The position numbers were made by a program, and so were the translations under genes. Below, piece after piece: positions 51,696 through 60,691 of a DNA stretch of 64,000 nt; positions within the stretch are counted from its first letter, which is position 1; every line of letters begins with the position of its first letter. Where the stretch lies: assembly GCA_016191105.1 (NCBI GenBank), contig JACPPH010000008.1, forward strand, positions 2,667 through 66,666, in the 5' to 3' direction. The DNA comes from Candidatus Saccharimonadota bacterium (GTDB lineage Bacteria > Patescibacteriota > Saccharimonadia > CAILAD01 > BJGX01). The notes below the pieces were generated by a model. It worked only from the letters and a program-made list of their open reading frames with translations, did no database searches and was not told the DNA's origin.

Positions 51696-52700
51696 CTATT
51701 TGACCGCCTTGCCAATAATTTTGCTTTCAGTTTGCTGTAAGTCTGAGTTAACCATCATCTTAACTAACTCTTCAAAACCGACTTTTGGTTTCCAGCCAAG
51801 CTTTTTCTTTGCTTTTTCAGGGCTGCCAATTAGCAGCTCAACTTCGGCCGGCCGCATAAAGCGCGGATCTTGCTTAACATATGGTTTCCAATTGTTAATA
51901 CCAACCTCTTTGAAGGCTACTGTGAGGAACTCTTTTATCGAATGGGTTTCTCCGGTTGCCAGGACGTAATCATCTGGCTTTTTCTGCTGCATCATGAGCC
52001 ACATACCTTCAACGTAATCTCCTGCAAAACCCCAATCTCGCTTTGAGTCTAAATTCCCAAGTGTTATTTCCTTTTGCAGGCCAAGCTTTATTCTTGCAAC
52101 CGAGTTAGTTATTTTGCGGGTTACAAACTCTAGCCCACGACGTGGCGACTCATGGTTAAAGAGTATGCCGCAGCTGGCATGTAGATTGTAGCTTTCTCTG
52201 TAATTTATAGTCATGTAGTGGGCATAAGCTTTCGCGACGCCATAAGGGCTGCGAGGGTGGAAGGGCGTCTCTTCGGTTTGGGGCACTTCGCGAACTTTGC
52301 CAAACAGCTCACTTGTTGATGCCTGATAATAACGAATTTTTCCTTTGCCACCATCCACTATTCTGATGGCCTCTAATAGACGAAGGGCTCCTAGTCCTGT
52401 AATATTTCCGGTCACCTCGGGCTGTTTAAAAGAAAATGCTACAAAACTAATTGCGCCCAGATTGTACACTTCGTCTGGTTGGCAGTATTCAACCGCCGAA
52501 ACTAAAGAGCTCATATCTCCCAGATCCCCCTCGAGTAGCTCAATCTCAGGCAATAGCTCCTCTATCATGGCTTGCTTGGGGTTATTCTGGCCCCGGATTA
52601 GACCGTATACCTTGTAGCCCTTTTTTACTAGCAACTCAGCCAAGTAGGTTCCATCCTGACCAGTAATGCCCGTGATTAGTGCTCGTTTTGCTTGTGCCAT
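51696..52700 (-). CDS. gmd: GDP-mannose 4,6-dehydratase
   Basis: GITGQDG, SPYGVAK, NHESPRRG, RDWG. Confidence 0.96.
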   Translation of the reverse strand: MAQAKRALITGITGQDGTYLAELLVKKGYKVYGLIRGQNNPKQAMIEELLPEIELLEGDLGDMSSLVSAVEYCQPDEVYNLGAISFVAFSFKQPEVTGNITGLGALRLLEAIRIVDGGKGKIRYYQASTSELFGKVREVPQTEETPFHPRSPYGVAKAYAHYMTINYRESYNLHASCGILFNHESPRRGLEFVTRKITNSVARIKLGLQKEITLGNLDSKRDWGFAGDYVEGMWLMMQQKKPDDYVLATGETHSIKEFLTVAFKEVGINNWKPYVKQDPRFMRPAEVELLIGSPEKAKKKLGWKPKVGFEELVKMMVNSDLQQTESKIIGKAVK

Positions 52701-52754
52701 TTTGAATCCTCCATTATTGAAAAACTGTAAGCTAAGATATAATTATACTATCAC

Positions 52755-53861
52755 ATGAACAGCAGCAAACCAGTTAAAGTTGAATTTATATGCGGCTCGT
52801 ATCCGCCAATTAAAGATGGGGTGGGCTATTATATGCAACGGCTTAGCCAGCATCTAAAAGTAGACCACAAGATAATAACCTCTGTAGGTGCAGAGAAAAC
52901 GGCTATTACCGAACCGTTTGTAGGTAATTGGCGACAGGGCGTGGCCAAGAAAATAGCTATGCAGGTAAAAAAGGACCAGGCAAACCTTATCCACATGCAG
53001 TATTCATCGGTTAAATTTGGCCGCACCTTGGGCTCAACTCTGATACCCAAAGAGGTGTCCAAGCAGCTTAAACTGCCAGTTGTTGTTACTTCACATGAGT
53101 ATCACGATGCCAGTTGGCTTGGCCGAAAGCGAGTTGAGGTTTTAATAAAACCAGTTGAGGATGTAATAGTTTCTAACCAAGCTGATTACAAGGTGCTTTC
53201 AAGACGATTTCCACGCAAGAATTTCTATGTAGTGCCAATTGGCAGCAATATTGAGGTGGCTAAGTTTAGCGATGGCCAGCTAAATGACTTAAAATCTAAG
53301 TATAATCCTGGCCACAAAAAGTTAATTCTTACCTGGGGCCTGCTCGATCAGAACAAAGGGGTAGATAAGTTAGTCGAGGCCGTGTCCAGGGTTGGCTCAA
53401 GCGCTAAGCTATTAATTTCGTCTGGCTACAATCCAAAAGACCAATATCATAAAGAACTAAACAAGCAAATTGCTCATACCAGTGCCGATATTGATTGGCT
53501 GGGGTACTTGAGCGATAGCGAGATCTCGGGGTTGCTTCAGATATGCGATATTGTGGCCCTGCCCTTTAACCAGCCAGTTAGTTTGCGACGGGGCAGTGTA
53601 CTGGCCGCTCTAGCTCATGGCAAGCCAGTGATTACAACCGGCCCTAGCCAAGACAAATTACTTCAAGACAGAAAAAACTGTTACTTATTGGCCAATAACA
53701 AGCCTTACACAATTGAGCTAGCTATTAACGATTTGTTGAATGACCCAAAATTGTCTAAACTATTAGCAAGCGGTGCCCATGAGCTGGCGGCGCATTTTGA
53801 CTGGAACAATATAGCCAAGCTACATGAATCAATTTATAAACAAATTTTATCTCGACGCTAG
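52755..53861 (+). CDS. Glycosyltransferase family 4-like
   Basis: YPPIKDGVG, TSHE, KGVD, ALAHGKPVITT. Confidence 0.82.
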   Translation: MNSSKPVKVEFICGSYPPIKDGVGYYMQRLSQHLKVDHKIITSVGAEKTAITEPFVGNWRQGVAKKIAMQVKKDQANLIHMQYSSVKFGRTLGSTLIPKEVSKQLKLPVVVTSHEYHDASWLGRKRVEVLIKPVEDVIVSNQADYKVLSRRFPRKNFYVVPIGSNIEVAKFSDGQLNDLKSKYNPGHKKLILTWGLLDQNKGVDKLVEAVSRVGSSAKLLISSGYNPKDQYHKELNKQIAHTSADIDWLGYLSDSEISGLLQICDIVALPFNQPVSLRRGSVLAALAHGKPVITTGPSQDKLLQDRKNCYLLANNKPYTIELAINDLLNDPKLSKLLASGAHELAAHFDWNNIAKLHESIYKQILSRR

Positions 53862-55137
53862 GAAACACCCCGATAAGTACTTGTTAGCGCTGTTAGCATT
53901 TCTTTTGCCATTTGAGCGCATACCATCATTTTCATTTGCTGGGGTTACTCTAAGACCTAGCTTGTTTATTGGCGGTTTAATCATTTTGCGGGCAATTTGG
54001 TTCGTTATGAAATTCAAAAAGTTTAAGCCAAATAGTCTGATGGTGCCACTAGCGCTGTTTGTGCTTTGGCTGTTTATTTTAATCCCAGGCTCTATCAACC
54101 ATATGCGGGCCACCCAAGTGTTTATATTTACTCTATACACCTCTGCGCTGGCAGTGTCGGTTGGCATTATCTACCAAAAACAGTACCTAGCTGCAATAAT
54201 AAAAGGCTTGTTTGCGGGTGCAGCCGCGACATCGCTGTTTGCTATCTTTCAATATTTTGGTGATCTCTATGGCCTGCCCCAAACGGTTACTGGGTTGGCT
54301 ACCCGCTACAAATGGAACCTGTTTGGCTATGCCAGACCTCAAGCAACGGCGTTAGAGCCGCTCTATTTTGCTTCTTATCTGTTGCTGCCCATAGCAGTAG
54401 TTGTTTCGATATTGCTGTTTGGCAGTTATAAAAAATCGCGATTACTTTGGGGTTTGCTGTTTTTGTTTTCCTTGCCATTATTTCTAACTGTGTCGCGCGG
54501 TGGGCTACTTGGGTATATCGGATTGGCACTAACCCTCGTGGTTATATATGCATGCATGCCAAAACACCGTTCTGGTAAGATCTGGCCAACCCTTGCTATT
54601 ATGTTGGGTGCCTATTTGTGCTCGATCTTAATAATTACTGTTTTTCACAAGCCCATAGAAGACACCCAGAGCAAAAATACTGGTTCTGGCTCATATGTAA
54701 GCCATGTTACTGATATCAACGAGAACTCCGACTCACGGGCCATGAGCCGCGCACTTGCGATAGATTTAATAAAGAAATACCCGATTATGGGAATTGGGCC
54801 AGGTCAATTTGGACCCGCTACAAATAATAACCAACAAGCCTACTTTGGTTGGCCAATTGTCAACAATGAGCCGCTAGAGCTTCTGGCCGAAACCGGAGTG
54901 GTGGGATTTGCACTGTTGCTGAGTTTTTTTGGAGCCCTGGTTTGGGCGGCAGTGCGAATATTGCAAACTAAAAAGTGGCAGCCCGAACACATAGTGGTGT
55001 TGGCTTTGTTGGGTTACCTGACAGCCCAAGCTATTCAATATCAGACATTCTCAACTCTCTACGTAATTCAGCTCTGGTTTGCGGTAGGGTTGCTGCTGGG
55101 TGTTGTTGGGTTTAAAGCCAAAACCAACGAAAAATAA
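53824..55137 (+). CDS. O-antigen ligase/Wzy_C-family membrane protein
   Basis: Many TMs; R.QATALEP, SRGG, GIGPG..N..LELLAETG. Confidence 0.82.
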   Translation: MNQFINKFYLDARKHPDKYLLALLAFLLPFERIPSFSFAGVTLRPSLFIGGLIILRAIWFVMKFKKFKPNSLMVPLALFVLWLFILIPGSINHMRATQVFIFTLYTSALAVSVGIIYQKQYLAAIIKGLFAGAAATSLFAIFQYFGDLYGLPQTVTGLATRYKWNLFGYARPQATALEPLYFASYLLLPIAVVVSILLFGSYKKSRLLWGLLFLFSLPLFLTVSRGGLLGYIGLALTLVVIYACMPKHRSGKIWPTLAIMLGAYLCSILIITVFHKPIEDTQSKNTGSGSYVSHVTDINENSDSRAMSRALAIDLIKKYPIMGIGPGQFGPATNNNQQAYFGWPIVNNEPLELLAETGVVGFALLLSFFGALVWAAVRILQTKKWQPEHIVVLALLGYLTAQAIQYQTFSTLYVIQLWFAVGLLLGVVGFKAKTNEK

Positions 55138-55146
55138 TTGCGGGTT

Positions 55147-55179
55147 AGTGGCGATCCTAATGAGCTTAGGATCGCCACT
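55147..55179. terminator. Perfect 14-bp hairpin between convergent genes
   Basis: AGTGGCGATCCTAA-TGAGC-TTAGGATCGCCACT. Confidence 0.7.
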
Positions 55180-55198
55180 TCACCCTCCTGTGAGCTAG

Positions 55199-56299
55199 CT
55201 AGCGGCCGAGCCAGTTGTCGGGGGCGTAGGCCCAACCGAGGTAGGGATTGCTCAGATACCCCACCACCGGGTGTTGCCGTACAGGCAGCCGATCTCCATC
55301 GAATCCTTGAGTAGAGATTGCCTGGCCATTGCCTAACGAAACACCATTGTGACCGTAGCCGCCTGCGCCGCTATAGAACACAATCGCGCCAGGTGGGGGA
55401 TTGGTGTCGGTGCGGATTCGACCAGCATTTAGCTGGGCGTAGTAGTTGGCCATGGCGCTGGCATACTGTCGACCCGCTCCTCGTCCGCCCAGCGCAACTT
55501 CTACGAACATCTCGCAGATTCCCGACCAAGGTCGGGCGAACTCATTGCTCCAGGTTGGGTCTGGCGAATTCTTCTCGGCCGTGGCCCAGTCAACGGCACG
55601 TTGTTCACGGCCGCCGATAGTTGGCGCGCAGCTGGTTGCAGCTCGAACTCCACCTGCCGAATCCCACATGATCGAGCCACCCTGGAAGTCTTGACGAGTG
55701 CCCGCGCAGTAGCCGTACTCATCGCTGATTGGCCACTGTAGGTAACCACCGGCATCACCATTGGCGTAGTACCAGCTCAAGAAGCCGCTGCGCACCCCCT
55801 GAACCCGCTTGACTGCATCGCCACGGGCGATTACTGCATAGCCCATGGAACCGCCATTGAAGTCCTGAGCCCAGCCGGTGTTGTTGCCCCAGCGGTGAGA
55901 TTCCATGACCGGATAGCCAATCTCAGCTGAGCCTTTGGTTCTGGCGTAGGCCCATAATTCACCCACAACGTTGTAGGCGGTGCCACTGCAGCTTGGCTGT
56001 ACGATGGCATTTTCGCCATAGCCTGGGCTTGAAAAGCGCTGCATGCAAGCTGAGCCCCAGCGCTCGACAGCTGCCACGGGCGAGCCCATGACCGAGCCGC
56101 CCTTTACGTTGTAGGCATCTACAAAGGCTTGGGGATTGCTGGCACCTGTTCCGGCCACCAAGGGTTGGATTGTGGTGCTGCTAGGTGTTGGAGTGGGCGA
56201 AATGCCCACCGGCGTTGGCACAGCGCAAGCGGCTGCAATCATACCGAATGTCAATGTAAAGAGTGGCCCAAATAGGGCCACCCTCCGTGCGATACTCAT
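55199..56299 (-). CDS. Putative lipoprotein with LGFP-like repeats and a CHAP/NlpC-like peptidase domain
   Basis: Lipobox-like IAAAC; IGYP..QDFNGG and LQWP..QDFQGG; C.MFV..PGAIVFY..GH. Confidence 0.72.
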   Translation of the reverse strand: MSIARRVALFGPLFTLTFGMIAAACAVPTPVGISPTPTPSSTTIQPLVAGTGASNPQAFVDAYNVKGGSVMGSPVAAVERWGSACMQRFSSPGYGENAIVQPSCSGTAYNVVGELWAYARTKGSAEIGYPVMESHRWGNNTGWAQDFNGGSMGYAVIARGDAVKRVQGVRSGFLSWYYANGDAGGYLQWPISDEYGYCAGTRQDFQGGSIMWDSAGGVRAATSCAPTIGGREQRAVDWATAEKNSPDPTWSNEFARPWSGICEMFVEVALGGRGAGRQYASAMANYYAQLNAGRIRTDTNPPPGAIVFYSGAGGYGHNGVSLGNGQAISTQGFDGDRLPVRQHPVVGYLSNPYLGWAYAPDNWLGR

Positions 56300-56523
56300 T
56301 ATTCACCCTCCTGTTGTAGTACTCCAACAAGTATCGGTATTTACAATATCGCAAGCCCAACGCTAGTTGCAAGCATGGAGCGGCATCATGCCACTACATG
56401 CTTGATCATAGGGTATAATAGTTGGCGTGTGATATTGTTGGAACTAGTAGTGATGTTTCTTACTAAAAGGGTCTGGATAAATATTTATGAAATACAAGCT
56501 AAGTAATAGCAACCTTTAACGCC

Positions 56524-57654
56524 ATGCGAATACTTATAGATGCCCGATGGATCAAGCAAACTGGTATTGGCCGCTATATTGAGCAAACCGTCGAGCAAAT
56601 TCTACAACTCGATAAGTCCAACCGCTATATTTTACTTGTTCGGCCACAAGACCGTGCAAAACTTAAACTACAAGCACCCAATCTAGAATACCTAGAATCC
56701 AACGAGCCGTGGTTTACCTTTCGAGAGCAGACGACTTTTTTACGTCGTATTAACTTGGCCAAGCCAGACTTAGTGCACTTTACTAACTTTGATTTCCCAA
56801 TTCTCTATCGCGGCCCTTTCGTAATAACTATTCACGACCTCACACTATTGGAATTCAAAAATGTTAATCGGAGCAAAATGCTGCCGGCCTACTACCATGT
56901 TAAAGACGCCGTTATGCGCACTGTTTTGCGCAAAGGCATAGAAAAATCTCAAAAAGTACTGGTACCAACCAACTATGTTAAACAAGGCCTACTTAAGCGC
57001 TACAAATCGTCGGCTCGCAAAATTGTAGTTACCCATGAAGCTGCCGATGCACCCTACCCAAACCCGCGCGTTAATCTAGCCAAGTTTGGTATCGATAAGC
57101 CCTTCTTGTTTTATGTAGGCAATGCTTATCCGCACAAAAACTTAGAGCGCTTGATAATTGCTTTTGGAAAACTAGTTAATAGCTATCGGCTCGACTATCA
57201 ACTTGTAATCGCCGGTCGTAAAGATGCTTTTCACAAGCGGCTAGAGGATGAGGTTGCGCAGGCTAATTTGCAACACCGGGTAATCTTTACCAACTATGTT
57301 GATGATGCTGAGCTGGCCGGCCTGTACAAGAAGGCGGCCCTATATGTGTTTCCGTCACTATCGGAGGGGTTTGGTCTGCCACCACTCGAGGCTTTGGGCT
57401 ATGGCTTGCCAGTAGCCAGCAGCAAGGCCACCTGCTTACCCGAGATATTGGGCAATGCGGCCGCCTACTTTAACCCTAAGAGCCCCAACGACATGGCCAA
57501 GGTTATTTCGAGCCTTTTAGCCGACACAAAGCAACAGCAAGAACTGGTAAAAAAAGGCAAGCAACAATTTAATAAATTTAGTTGGCGGCAAACTGCCCAA
57601 GAAACGCTGGCTGTTTACGAGAGCGTGGAGCGCAAACTCAAGAAGCAGACTTAG
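56524..57654 (+). CDS. Glycosyltransferase family 4
   Basis: TGIGRY, TIHDL, YPHKN, EGFGLPPLE. Confidence 0.92.
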   Translation: MRILIDARWIKQTGIGRYIEQTVEQILQLDKSNRYILLVRPQDRAKLKLQAPNLEYLESNEPWFTFREQTTFLRRINLAKPDLVHFTNFDFPILYRGPFVITIHDLTLLEFKNVNRSKMLPAYYHVKDAVMRTVLRKGIEKSQKVLVPTNYVKQGLLKRYKSSARKIVVTHEAADAPYPNPRVNLAKFGIDKPFLFYVGNAYPHKNLERLIIAFGKLVNSYRLDYQLVIAGRKDAFHKRLEDEVAQANLQHRVIFTNYVDDAELAGLYKKAALYVFPSLSEGFGLPPLEALGYGLPVASSKATCLPEILGNAAAYFNPKSPNDMAKVISSLLADTKQQQELVKKGKQQFNKFSWRQTAQETLAVYESVERKLKKQT

Positions 57655-58681
57655 AATTAGCTACTAGGTCTTTTACGGACTGCCACATTTCGGGCCGGCC
57701 GTTCTCTTTTAGCCAATACCACCATTCTGCTCCCCATAAGTCAAAGTTTTTAATTTGGCTCTGTCGCCCATAGGCTATGTTTTCGCTAAACTGTCGCGGG
57801 CTCATGGTCTTACTGGCTTCGTTAAAGCTGAGATACTCGTTGCCAACGGGCCCCCAGGCCTCGGCCTGAAGTTCGTGTATTTTAATCTGTTGGCCGGTTA
57901 AAAACTGAATCCAGGCTGCTTTTAGCCAGTTGTAGTTGCCATCTTGCGGATAGCGATAGTAGCCATCGAATAGGCTGCTCCAAACATATCGATACAATGA
58001 AATGCCGAATACATCGGCAAACGGGCCTTTTAGGGGAAAGCCAAATTGGTCGCTCTGAGTAAGTACAATGGGCCGGGTCTTATCTAAGCCGCGAACCAGC
58101 TCCACCTCTCGCTTTAGCTGGCTATTGGTTAAGTTTGCGCCCGGGCAGTTGCCAAAGCTTTTTAGTAGGAACTCATTTTCGACCTGCCAAGCCTCGATAG
58201 TGGGATTGTCTTTGTAGCGGTTTACCACTGCGGCTAGGTAGGGGTCGATTTGCGTTTGAACTTGAGCCGGATCATTCTTGTTGAGCCAACTAGGGTAATA
58301 GCACTCGGGTGAGCGTATTAGCTTCTGGCCAATGTTGAGCGTGACTTTGGCGCCACGTTTTTTGGCCTGTTCGACCATCCAGTCGGTTTGTGAGAAATCA
58401 AACTGGCCCTGGGTAGGTTCAGTGCGATCCCAATAAGCCGCAATCCGCAAGTTTTTAAAATTTAAATCATCGAGTAGAGCCGAGTAGTTGGCTTGCCAGT
58501 CCACGCCGTAGCGTTCGGCCTGGGGTTGGCTAAAACTTACACCAATTACCTCGGGCTTGTTGAGGTTAACCGCCCAATACCAATACATTAGTACAATACT
58601 AATTATGGCCAGAGCATAAACAGCTCCAACCAGAATTATGAATAGGGTTTTGGCCCAATTTTTGAGCTTAGAGACTAACAT
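57638..58681 (-). CDS. Clan-A glycoside hydrolase-like membrane-anchored protein
   Basis: TM; WQVENE (acid/base) and ELQAE (nucleophile). Confidence 0.7.
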   Translation of the reverse strand: MLVSKLKNWAKTLFIILVGAVYALAIISIVLMYWYWAVNLNKPEVIGVSFSQPQAERYGVDWQANYSALLDDLNFKNLRIAAYWDRTEPTQGQFDFSQTDWMVEQAKKRGAKVTLNIGQKLIRSPECYYPSWLNKNDPAQVQTQIDPYLAAVVNRYKDNPTIEAWQVENEFLLKSFGNCPGANLTNSQLKREVELVRGLDKTRPIVLTQSDQFGFPLKGPFADVFGISLYRYVWSSLFDGYYRYPQDGNYNWLKAAWIQFLTGQQIKIHELQAEAWGPVGNEYLSFNEASKTMSPRQFSENIAYGRQSQIKNFDLWGAEWWYWLKENGRPEMWQSVKDLVANSKSAS

Positions 58682-58739
58682 GCGCGCTATTATACTCTAA
58701 ACCTGTCTAGTGTCTCTAGTCTGTTAAGTGAAAGACAGG

Positions 58740-59052
58740 CTGTTGAGTGCCGGTCGTTAGTTTTTGTAAGGAAGCATATCTATCGATACGCAGACGAGCA
58801 AAACTGGCGAATGATGCCAACAGTATTTTATTGAGGCTGGAGTAGAAACGCTAGATAGGCTACATGATTGCAGGGTAAAAACATAAGCACTGTTCCCGCA
58901 CTTTTGAAATCGACTGCATTGTTACACCGAAGTGAGCGAGAATGATTTTGTTTGAACGAAGACTAGCCAAAAGCTAATTAGAGTGAGAAAAAATCATTCG
59001 CAGCCGCTTTCTGTGTGCAATGAAGTATTGATTAAAGTGTTGGAGCAGTACT
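58740..59052. repeat. Two long imperfect hairpins in an intergenic region
   Basis: CTGTTG..CAACAG (58740-58823) and a ~165-nt rod (58886-59052). Confidence 0.7.
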
Positions 59053-59124
59053 AACATATAACGGCAAACGCCCCGATCCTTTTTGGAGATCGGAGCGTTG
59101 AAACCGTACTTCTGTTGAACAAGC

Positions 59125-60228
59125 TCAGGCGGCGACCTTCACCCGGCCACGAATGAGCTTCTTGATGGACTTGGCGGACTTGCGACGAGCCGCATCGTTG
59201 TGCACCACCACCTCCAGGGCATCGGTGAACGCCAGTAGCTGCAGCGAAAGATCGCTATAGCCTTCGTCGAAAGGTTCCCACGAGACAGCCTGGCGAAGTT
59301 CGTTGAACACCTGGGACGTTCTGAACTCCGGGAAGTCGCGGATCAGGGTAACCAACCCACTGGCCGCACACATCTGGCGCTCAGCCAGGTAGGCGCTAAT
59401 GACCAGGCCGATGTCTTCATCTGCCACAACTCCGTGCCTGCTGTGCTGCTTGGCAAACTGCCCGGCATTGCACAGTGGGTTGAAGATAGCGGCGCCTACA
59501 AGGCTGCGAACCGCCGCACTTGCATCTGACGTGCCCTCAGCTTCGAGCAGACGATCGAAGAGTTCGTCGACATGCACCTGAACAGCTCGTGCCAGCAGGA
59601 TCATGTCGGCGGCAGAACCGGCGGCCTTTTCGTTGAACTCCCATTGGGCGTCGAACCGCCGGATGGCCGCCGACCACCGCCATCGCATTGCGCTCGGGTT
59701 GTCGCGCGGTGGCTTGTGCCGATCGCGCAGGGCTGCGGAAGCACCGACCTTTGCCGATGCTTGCAGCAAGCGCTCACGAATAGCCGGCGCATAGCGTAGC
59801 GACATCCCGGCCAGTACGGCAAGCATGTCGGCGCGCTTGGCCACGTCGTCTTTGACGGCATACCAGTTAACGCCCAGGAGCTCGCTGTAACTACGCAAGA
59901 TCTCGGCGTCGCCGCTGAGCTCAGACGACCGCTTTCGAATACTTTCGTCGGCGTTTTCGGCACCACGCAGCCAGGCGTCGAAGGTGGTGGGGTGGAACCC
60001 GGCCTCTTTCCAGACCTCGTTGTGGCGCATATAGATGATCTGGCCGATCCGGTACTGATAATCCGGATTAGTGGCGGCCACGATCACATTCGCCTTGGTG
60101 TTGCGCCACCTGTCACGCGGTTCTTTCTGGTACTGCAGTGTGCGGTAGGTGAACTTGCCGTGTCCCAGCTTGCGCCAGGGGAGACTGTTGTCGGAGTGTT
60201 TACGCACACTCCACTTAAATAGAGCCAT
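59125..60228 (-). CDS. Hypothetical protein (GC-rich orphan)
   Basis: 367-aa ORF, GGGAGGAG SD, hairpin at 59067-59099. Confidence 0.7.
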   Translation of the reverse strand: MALFKWSVRKHSDNSLPWRKLGHGKFTYRTLQYQKEPRDRWRNTKANVIVAATNPDYQYRIGQIIYMRHNEVWKEAGFHPTTFDAWLRGAENADESIRKRSSELSGDAEILRSYSELLGVNWYAVKDDVAKRADMLAVLAGMSLRYAPAIRERLLQASAKVGASAALRDRHKPPRDNPSAMRWRWSAAIRRFDAQWEFNEKAAGSAADMILLARAVQVHVDELFDRLLEAEGTSDASAAVRSLVGAAIFNPLCNAGQFAKQHSRHGVVADEDIGLVISAYLAERQMCAASGLVTLIRDFPEFRTSQVFNELRQAVSWEPFDEGYSDLSLQLLAFTDALEVVVHNDAARRKSAKSIKKLIRGRVKVAA

Positions 60229-60292
60229 GTCTCCTCCCGGAGCTAGTTGTGATTTGTACGGTTTAGCGCAAGTATTTTAACATAACTCCACC

Positions 60293-60322
60293 TTGACTTC
60301 AAGGGCCCCATATCTGTATAAT
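60293..60322 (+). promoter_or_regulatory. Promoter for the tRNA-Asn locus
   Basis: TTGACT-18 nt-TATAAT. Confidence 0.65.
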
Positions 60323-60340
60323 CGGTGGGTATTACGCCAT

Positions 60341-60381
60341 TCCGGAGTAGCTCTTCGCTGTACAGCGAAGGTAGAGCAATT
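60341..60381 (+). other. tRNA-Asn 5'-half copy with a palindrome in the D-loop
   Basis: TCCGGAGTAGCTC[TTCGCTGTACAGCGAA]GGTAGAGCAATT. Confidence 0.8.
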
Positions 60382-60398
60382 TCAGAATAAGCAGTTTA

Positions 60399-60473
60399 TC
60401 CGGAGTAGCTCAATGGTAGAGCAATTCGCTGTTAACGAAAAGGTTGCCGGTTCGAATCCGGCCTCCGGAGCCA
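60399..60473 (+). tRNA. tRNA-Asn(GTT)
   Basis: TCCGGAG/CTCCGGA acceptor stem, CT-GTT-AA loop, GCCGG-TTCGAAT-CCGGC, CCA. Confidence 0.97.
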
Positions 60474-60510
60474 TGAAAAGCGCCCGAGTTTTGCCTCGGG
60501 CTTTTTTCAT
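60473..60510 (+). terminator. Terminator after tRNA-Asn
   Basis: GCCCGAG..CTCGGGC-TTTTTT, with outer ATGAAAA/TTTTCAT. Confidence 0.8.
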
Positions 60511-60619
60511 GATGTTCTGAAGTGTCAGAATCGAACCGTAGGTTCGGCGTAGCGATAAAGCGCACAGAAGCTTGCTTCGAGCACTTTTGAGCGGAGAAGT
60601 CCGCTGTACAGCGGACGCT

Positions 60620-60676
60620 ATCCGGCCTCCGGAGCCAAAGTACTTATGCTTAAAGAAGCCGTCAGGGCTTCTTTTT
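60620..60676 (+). repeat. Cassette-junction repeat 1 (18-nt tRNA 3' end + AAGTACTTATGCTTAA + hairpin)
   Basis: ATCCGGCCTCCGGAGCCA is identical to the tRNA 3' end. Confidence 0.85.
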
Positions 60677-60691
60677 GATATGATGTAGGAC

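Noticed and set aside
60341-60637. Second functional, intron-containing tRNA
   Set aside because: The outer halves supply no anticodon loop of their own and no intact 5' T-stem, so this is reported only as a structural finding.
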